Source: Pyrobaculum sp.
Lineage (GTDB): Archaea > Thermoproteota > Thermoprotei > Thermoproteales > Thermoproteaceae
NCBI GenBank assembly: GCA_046293555.1
Contig: JBKBOT010000002.1
Location: forward strand, 39,608-103,607
DNA: 64,000 bases
Direction of reading: 5' to 3'
Translations under genes and position numbers: made by a program
Notes under the pieces: model-generated
Told to the model about the DNA's origin: nothing
What the model saw: only the letters and a program-made list of their open reading frames with translations
Database searches by the model: none
Shown: one piece after another, positions 57,977 to 64,000 of the stretch
Layout: every line of letters starts with the position of its first letter
How positions within the stretch are numbered: the first letter of the stretch is position 1

Positions 57977-59385
57977 TACCTTAGAGAAAAAGCCCTAACG
58001 CCCAGCTTCCTAAGACTTTCGGCAACATCAAGGCTAAGCCCCCCGCTGTAGCAATAAAAGACATATGTCTTATCTCGCCCGTATTTATCCACAAGCTCTA
58101 ATATCTTGTCTAGCTCCGCCCTTATTGCGCCGGGGAGATGCCACTTTGTGTAAGACTCCACATCTCTGAGATCCACCACGACGGCGCCTGGCGGCGGCTC
58201 TGTTACCTCTAGGTCTGGGGGAGGCGTGAGAGATTCGATCACCTCCGGCAGCTCTTTCTTCCTTATAATTCTTGCGGAGACAGCTGCCTCTTTAACCGCG
58301 TCGTAAACGGCTAGATCAATCTCCTCTATCTCCTCCCTGCTGGCCCACTTACGGGGCTTTCTGCTAAATATCGCGCAGTACTCCTGCACTCTTGTAGATT
58401 GGGGGTAGGTGCCAATTTTTTGCGCCAACTTTACGATCTCCTCTTTGTCCATACCGATTAGGGGCCGCAATATGGGCATCTCTATCCCTCTCTCAGTCGC
58501 CGCTAGGGACTGTAGGGTTTGTGAAGACACCTGTCCGAGGGACTCCCCTGTGGCTAACGCCTCCGCCTTGACTAGAGAGGCCACCTCTACGCCCATTAGA
58601 TATAACGCCCTCTTGAAGGCTATATTCCATAACTCCTCTCTTACCCCCCTCCGTATGGATTTAACCACCGGGCTGCAGTCTGTATATACCACCCTGGCGT
58701 TATAGCCATAGGACCAAGATAAAAGAGCTTGAATAACCTCCAGCGCCGCCCTCGCCGTGAGGGTGCCGCCCAGGTTACAATAAAAGATGTCGACATGTGC
58801 CCCCCTTCTCATCAAGAGCCATGCCGCCACGGGCGAGTCTATACCCCCAGAGACTAACGCCAACACCTTCCCCTCAGACCCCAGGGGGAGGCCGCCCGGC
58901 CCCTCTACAACCTCCCTGTAGAGAAAGGCCCTCTCTCCCCTCACCTCTACATACAGCTCTACCTCTGGCCCCTCTAGATCCACCACGCCGCCTCGTTCCA
59001 CGAGGGCTGATCCCACCACTGCGGCCACATCTCTGGAGGTGAAGGCGTGAGCCCCCACCCTGCGTACCCTCACGGCAAATTTCCTCCCCCTCACCGCCTC
59101 CCCCCATAGCGCCACCGCGGCGTTTGCTATATCTGTCAGCTCTCTAAATGTAATCACGTGGGCTGGGCTTACAGCCCGCACTCCAAACACCCTGGCGAGA
59201 CTCTCTTTTAGACACCCCACGTCGCCTCTTACGTAAAGCCTCCCCGGCTCCCTCTCGAAGCTGGCCTCTCCACATCTCTCAGCCGCCTCCCCGGCTGCTC
59301 TAAGTAACAGCCTCTCCATTTCCGACCTGGTGTATCCACGTTTTACCGTCAGCTCCCCCAACCTGACGAGTAGGACCTCCTGCAC
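57976..59385 (-). CDS. thiI: tRNA 4-thiouridine synthase with THUMP and C-terminal rhodanese domain
   Basis: GELTVK, GPGGLP, SGGIDSPVA, TGESLGQVSSQT, RPLIGMDK, HLPGA..FYCYSG. Confidence 0.93.
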   Translation of the reverse strand: MQEVLLVRLGELTVKRGYTRSEMERLLLRAAGEAAERCGEASFEREPGRLYVRGDVGCLKESLARVFGVRAVSPAHVITFRELTDIANAAVALWGEAVRGRKFAVRVRRVGAHAFTSRDVAAVVGSALVERGGVVDLEGPEVELYVEVRGERAFLYREVVEGPGGLPLGSEGKVLALVSGGIDSPVAAWLLMRRGAHVDIFYCNLGGTLTARAALEVIQALLSWSYGYNARVVYTDCSPVVKSIRRGVREELWNIAFKRALYLMGVEVASLVKAEALATGESLGQVSSQTLQSLAATERGIEMPILRPLIGMDKEEIVKLAQKIGTYPQSTRVQEYCAIFSRKPRKWASREEIEEIDLAVYDAVKEAAVSARIIRKKELPEVIESLTPPPDLEVTEPPPGAVVVDLRDVESYTKWHLPGAIRAELDKILELVDKYGRDKTYVFYCYSGGLSLDVAESLRKLGVRAFSLR

Positions 59386-60840
59386 TTAGATATATCCGTA
59401 ATCCTTAAAAAGCCTGTCCATGGCGCAGTACTCTCTAAAAGTCCTGTAGGCGCTATAGGCCACCTGCCAGTAGCTGCCGTCAAGATAGGCCCCTATGGCT
59501 TTTATCACCTTGTCTCTAAACTCCCTATACTCCCGGCTGTCTACCTCCACGTCGTCTAGCGGCATTAGTTTTTCCCTATCTTCTCCAAAAAGCCACCCGT
59601 TTGCGCCATCTCTCACCACCTCCACCACGGCGCCGTCTCTAGACGCCACAGAGGGCACGCCGTTTATCCCAGCCTTCATGAAAGAAGTGCCAGAGGCCTC
59701 CCAGCCGCTAAAAGGCGTGAAAAGCCATATGTCGGAAGCCCAGATGATATTCCTCATGGCGTTTATATCCAGCTGGGGGAAGTAATACACGTTGTCCATA
59801 GAGCTGGCCAACTGTCTAAACATCTCCATGACCTCTACCCCATAGCTATCTTCCGGATGTGCGCGGCCGCCCAGTATGTACACTACGCCTCTATTGACGT
59901 CTTGAGCCAACTGGAGCGCAAAATGTGGTCTTTTATATCGCGTAATTCTACGGGCCCAGGAGATCACCACCTTGTCTCTCGCCTCTACCCCCAAGGCCTC
60001 TAGGGCCTCTTTTTTCACCTCGGCTCTCGCCTTACGTAACTCCTCCGGGCTGCTAACTGCCGCAAGTCTTGGATGTCCCCACCTAGATACCTCCACGGCG
60101 TTTGTTATCGGCTTGAGCTTATGGCAATGATGTGGAAAGGTGTTGCAAGCTATTCCCCCCATTTTTTTAGATACCACAACTCCCTCTTCAGCCATGGCTA
60201 GTCCTAATTCAGTCAAGACGACGGGGTCTATAGCCAGATCGTAGCCCCACTCCTCTTTGAAAAACCTCTTCGAGAAGGCGGGGTGGCCCCACGGCGCTGG
60301 GGTGTGAATTATCAGCCTGGCCCTGGGGTGCCGCCTGAAGAAGAGCGTAAATACGGTATAGGCCTCTTGTAGCTCCAGGCGGCTTACCCCATCCCACCCC
60401 ACATATCTGTCCACATATTCCACAGCCGCCCTAGCTAAGATTACGTACTTGTAGAACTTCTCCCACTCTGTGTCTTCAAGATAAAGCCTTCTGGTGGCCT
60501 TTACGGCCCACTCGGGGCCCTCCACCTTTATAAAGACGGCAGTGGCCGTGTTGACGACATAGGTGTAGTAAGAAACCTCTACCCTCTCGCCTCTTACAGA
60601 TATCTCGGCGGACCCCACATGTCTGAGCCCCTCTAGCGAGTTCCCCTCAACTATTGGCACCAACTTGCCGTTTTCCTCCCTATAGGCCACATAGCCCTCT
60701 GGGTAGTATAGCGTTATGGCCACATAGGGCACCCCCAGTCTAGCCGCGGCGTAGAACTTATCTCCTTCTAACACCCCGAGACCTCCGGCGAAGTTCTTGA
60801 CTATTTCAAGCCCCAGCTCTGGGGTAATTGAGATTATCAC
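59386..60840 (-). CDS. Compact alpha-glucan phosphorylase (GT35)
   Basis: FAGGLGVL, HTP, ITNAV, ARRITRYKRP, GRAHPED, EASGTSFMKAGING. Confidence 0.88.
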   Translation of the reverse strand: MIISITPELGLEIVKNFAGGLGVLEGDKFYAAARLGVPYVAITLYYPEGYVAYREENGKLVPIVEGNSLEGLRHVGSAEISVRGERVEVSYYTYVVNTATAVFIKVEGPEWAVKATRRLYLEDTEWEKFYKYVILARAAVEYVDRYVGWDGVSRLELQEAYTVFTLFFRRHPRARLIIHTPAPWGHPAFSKRFFKEEWGYDLAIDPVVLTELGLAMAEEGVVVSKKMGGIACNTFPHHCHKLKPITNAVEVSRWGHPRLAAVSSPEELRKARAEVKKEALEALGVEARDKVVISWARRITRYKRPHFALQLAQDVNRGVVYILGGRAHPEDSYGVEVMEMFRQLASSMDNVYYFPQLDINAMRNIIWASDIWLFTPFSGWEASGTSFMKAGINGVPSVASRDGAVVEVVRDGANGWLFGEDREKLMPLDDVEVDSREYREFRDKVIKAIGAYLDGSYWQVAYSAYRTFREYCAMDRLFKDYGYI

Positions 60841-62651
60841 GCCCCCTCTACTACCGGAATGACGTAATCTAGCCCCAGCCCTCTCAACGTCTCCCTTGTG
60901 GGCACCCCCTCTCTATCCCACCCCCTGATCTCGTAGTAATAATCTAACAGCTTGTTATAACTGTCGTAATCCAGCCGGGCCCCCCTTAGGGGCCCCTTGG
61001 TTAGAGGCTGTTTAAACCACTTGACAGGCGGCATGTCTAAACTACGGCTCCACCCGCCGTATTCTCTAACCCAGAAGGCCCTAATTAACGCGTAGATGCG
61101 GTCACCCACCTCGTTGAAATACTCAGGCGTGGCGTCTATGCCAGTTGCAGCCTTGAACAGCCTGGAGTACCAGTCTAGCGACATGCCTACCTCTACCCAC
61201 GGGAAGCGACATCCCACAAAAGTTTCAAACCAGCCGCCTCTAATACGTTGTAGCTCCACCACCTTAGCCGCCTTTTCTCTAGTGTAGCCAAAACGATCTG
61301 TCTTCACCTCCCACGCGATAACCCACGCGTCTTTGTGATGAGCCCCAATAGGCGAGGTGGCGTAGGCCAGGGCCATAGCTGGCGCCGCGTGGCAGTCATA
61401 CGCGCTAACCTCAAGCCCCTTGACGTGTACTGCGAATTCCTCCCCATTTATTCTCTCCGCAAGCCTCTTGACGCCATCTGCCAAAAGTCCGCCGGCCCCC
61501 CTTCTGTAGGCAATGTCGTAAGCCAACAGTCTGGCTGTCTCGTAGTCACCCCACTCCACCTCAAACCCCAGCTTGTGGCCAAGCCCCCTCTCAGAGGCCT
61601 CCATGACGTACCCCAAGACGTTGCCCAGAGAGATGGTGTCCATACCCATTAGGTCGGCTATGCGGTTTAACTCCCCCACTTTAGACAAATCGCCTATACC
61701 CAGGTTGGAGCCCAACATGGCTAAGTTCTCGTAGTCCACCTCCACAAGCCCCCCCTCGGCCGGCACCCAGTGGCCACAAGCCATAAAACAGAGGGGACAG
61801 CTCTTGAGGTCTGTCTCAAATCTCTCCACCATATTTCCGCCAATTTTATGAAACTCCTCAAATTGCCCCTCGGAGAAGTTGTAGGCAGGCAACACGCCGG
61901 CCTCTTGCGCCCACTCCACAGTGGCGTTTGTGCCCTGGCGCATCCAAAAGCCGTAGCTCTGGCTAGAAGACCCCTCCTTAACCGCCTCCACCGCCAGCCT
62001 CTGGTATGTAGACCTATCGGCCATGGGGACCTCCCCCCTGCCCTTTATGACTACAGCCTTGAGTTTTTTAGACCCCATCACCGCCCCCATGCCGGGCCTC
62101 CCGCCGGAACGGCCCTTTTGTGACACCACTGTGGCAAAACGCACTAGGCTCTCCCCCGCGGGGCCTATGGCCACAATCCCGGCGTCTCTCCCATGGATTT
62201 TCTGCAGCCTCTCCTCCACAGCCCACGTGTTGAGACCCCATAGGTCTCTCGCATCTAGAATCTCCACTTTCTCCCCCTCTATGTGTACATAAACCGGCCT
62301 GTCCGCCGCGCCTTCAACCACGAGGGCGTCGTAACCCGCCTTTCTTAAATTCACCGCCGTCCAGCTGCCTATATTGCCGTCGCCATAGCCGCCAGTAAGC
62401 GGGCTTTTAGCCGCTACTACCAACTTGCCGAAATTGGGGCCGGGGAGCCCCGTGAGGGGACCTGCGGCAAAAATGAGCCTGTTGTGTGGAGAGAGGGGGT
62501 CCACGCCTGGAGGCAACTCATCCCAGAGGATCTTGGCCGCAAGGCCCCTGCCCCCAATGAAGTCTTTTGCCACCCCGGCGTCTAGCCCTTGGGCCACATG
62601 TTTACGGCGAGTGAGATTTATTCTGAGGATTCTCCCCTGCCAGCCAGCCAT
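60837..62651 (-). CDS. aor: Tungsten-dependent aldehyde:ferredoxin oxidoreductase family enzyme
   Basis: GGRGL, KSPLTG, IGPAGE, GRPGMGAVMGSK, CPLCFMAC, DYEN, GMDTIS, YYEIRGWD; probable ATG 62651. Confidence 0.93.
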   Translation of the reverse strand: MAGWQGRILRINLTRRKHVAQGLDAGVAKDFIGGRGLAAKILWDELPPGVDPLSPHNRLIFAAGPLTGLPGPNFGKLVVAAKSPLTGGYGDGNIGSWTAVNLRKAGYDALVVEGAADRPVYVHIEGEKVEILDARDLWGLNTWAVEERLQKIHGRDAGIVAIGPAGESLVRFATVVSQKGRSGGRPGMGAVMGSKKLKAVVIKGRGEVPMADRSTYQRLAVEAVKEGSSSQSYGFWMRQGTNATVEWAQEAGVLPAYNFSEGQFEEFHKIGGNMVERFETDLKSCPLCFMACGHWVPAEGGLVEVDYENLAMLGSNLGIGDLSKVGELNRIADLMGMDTISLGNVLGYVMEASERGLGHKLGFEVEWGDYETARLLAYDIAYRRGAGGLLADGVKRLAERINGEEFAVHVKGLEVSAYDCHAAPAMALAYATSPIGAHHKDAWVIAWEVKTDRFGYTREKAAKVVELQRIRGGWFETFVGCRFPWVEVGMSLDWYSRLFKAATGIDATPEYFNEVGDRIYALIRAFWVREYGGWSRSLDMPPVKWFKQPLTKGPLRGARLDYDSYNKLLDYYYEIRGWDREGVPTRETLRGLGLDYVIPVVEGA

Positions 62652-62689
62652 AATCTGGAAAGAGTTTATATATAAATCATAACCACGTT

Positions 62690-64000
62690 GTGGACATAGT
62701 ATTATTCTTTGAGATACACCAGCCCCGGAGGATCCGCCCAGATCTCCACAGAGTCTACCCAAGAGTCCCCAACGAGACTGAAATATTCTACCACGAGCTA
62801 GATGACGCCATTTTTAAGAGAGTGACAGAGAAATGTTATAAAAAGGCCACCGAGATCATCCTGGAGGCCTCTAGGGAGGTTCCCGTTAAGGCCACTTTTA
62901 GCATAAGCGGCCTCGCCTTGGAGCAATTTAGAAAACACGCCCCGGAGGTGTTAGAACTCTTTCGCACTCTTGCCTCAAGGGAGGTTGCGGAGTTCGCCGC
63001 CCAGACTTATTATCACAGCTTGGCGTGGTTTGTAGACAGGGAGGAGTTTAGAGAGCAGGTGAGACAACAAGTCGAGGCGGTGGGGGAACACATTGGCCAT
63101 AACCCACAAGTCGCTGAAAACACGGAGTTTATCTACAATAACGACATAGCTTGTTTTCTCCACTCCATGGGTTTCAACACTGTGGTGACAGAGGGGGTGG
63201 AGCGGGTTTTGGGGTGGAGGTCGCCTAACTACGTCTATAAGGCCTATGGCTGCGACGCCAGGGTGTTGGTGCGTAACTACAGGCTGAGTGACGACGTGGG
63301 CTTTCGTTTTGGAGACAGGAGGTGGGACCAGTGGCCACTTACTGCAGATAAATACGCGGCGTGGCTAGAGGTCACGCCAGGCGACGTGGTTTTAATTGCG
63401 GTAGACTACGAGACTTTTGGCGAACACCACTGGCCAGAATCTGGGATACATCACTTCTTGAGGTGGCTCTTTAGGGAAATAGCCAGAAGGCCTAGGCTCC
63501 ATCTGGCCACAGTCTCCGAGGCAGCTGGCAGACATCCGCCACGTGACGTCTACGACGTGCCCCCCTGGGCCTCTATAAGTTGGGCAGATGAACGCGATCT
63601 CTCCGCGTGGCTTGGAAACGAGCTTCAGCGAAATGCCTTCGCCCTACTGACCTGGCTCTATCCTTACGCCAAGGCGCTTGGGGGAGAGATCTTGAGGCTA
63701 TGGCGTTTACTCTCCACAAGCGACCATTTTTACTACCAAGCCATGAAGATAGGCCCGGCGGGAGAGGTACATTCCTACTTCAGCCCCTATTTCACTGCCC
63801 ACAAGGCGCATGATGTCTACATGTACGCGATCCACTCGCTGGCTATGGCTATACAGACGGCGTGGGGCAGAGAGGCGGCGGAGAGACTGGCATTTAAGGA
63901 CGAGAGGTGTTTTCACGGCGGCGGTGTGCAAATATGCTCCCTAACGGAGCTACAGAATGTAGATGCCGGCTTTAAGAAACGCCACAGGGGGGACCTAATG
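62690..64000 (+). CDS. GH57 alpha-amylase family protein (runs off the right edge)
   Basis: Manual translation from GTG 62690: VLFFEIHQPRR, QTYYHSL, NTEFIY, RNYRLSDDVGFRF, DYETFGEH, SWAD, STSDHFYY. Confidence 0.92.
   Translation, partial: MDIVLFFEIHQPRRIRPDLHRVYPRVPNETEIFYHELDDAIFKRVTEKCYKKATEIILEASREVPVKATFSISGLALEQFRKHAPEVLELFRTLASREVAEFAAQTYYHSLAWFVDREEFREQVRQQVEAVGEHIGHNPQVAENTEFIYNNDIACFLHSMGFNTVVTEGVERVLGWRSPNYVYKAYGCDARVLVRNYRLSDDVGFRFGDRRWDQWPLTADKYAAWLEVTPGDVVLIAVDYETFGEHHWPESGIHHFLRWLFREIARRPRLHLATVSEAAGRHPPRDVYDVPPWASISWADERDLSAWLGNELQRNAFALLTWLYPYAKALGGEILRLWRLLSTSDHFYYQAMKIGPAGEVHSYFSPYFTAHKAHDVYMYAIHSLAMAIQTAWGREAAERLAFKDERCFHGGGVQICSLTELQNVDAGFKKRHRGDLM

Noticed and set aside
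1-64000. CRISPR array, transposase, intein or rRNA
   Set aside because: No regularly spaced repeats or transposase motifs seen; polymerases, Lhr and Top6A have ordinary lengths

Overview
Core chromosomal region of a hyperthermophilic crenarchaeon of the Thermoproteales, very likely Pyrobaculum (PolB1 plus PolB3, AGOG, SmAP3, Rpo8, S25e/S26e, tRNA with non-canonical intron, mostly leaderless promoters). It is gene-dense housekeeping DNA: replication and repair (top6A/B, priL, dnaG, Hjc, HerA/NurA, Lhr), transcription, proteostasis, much of the archaeal mevalonate/lipid pathway, a BMP-type ABC transporter and glucan metabolism. No CRISPR array, transposase or integrase is evident. Features absent from the ORF track: top6B and a GH57 gene at the edges, a two-intron tRNA-Thr(UGU), two C/D-box sRNAs, a possible K-loop sRNA and an ASCH pseudogene. 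Best candidates for undescribed biology: (i) a DUF711 / QNG1-like Fe-S glycosylase / non-canonical PTPS / masked-GG MoaD cluster at 35.5-38.4 kb, (ii) a truncated TFB + secretion ATPase + membrane protein operon at 43.5-45.5 kb, (iii) a possible PBP2-like fusion protein and a roadblock/profilin-like protein near polB1. All calls come from motif recognition by eye; no searches were run.
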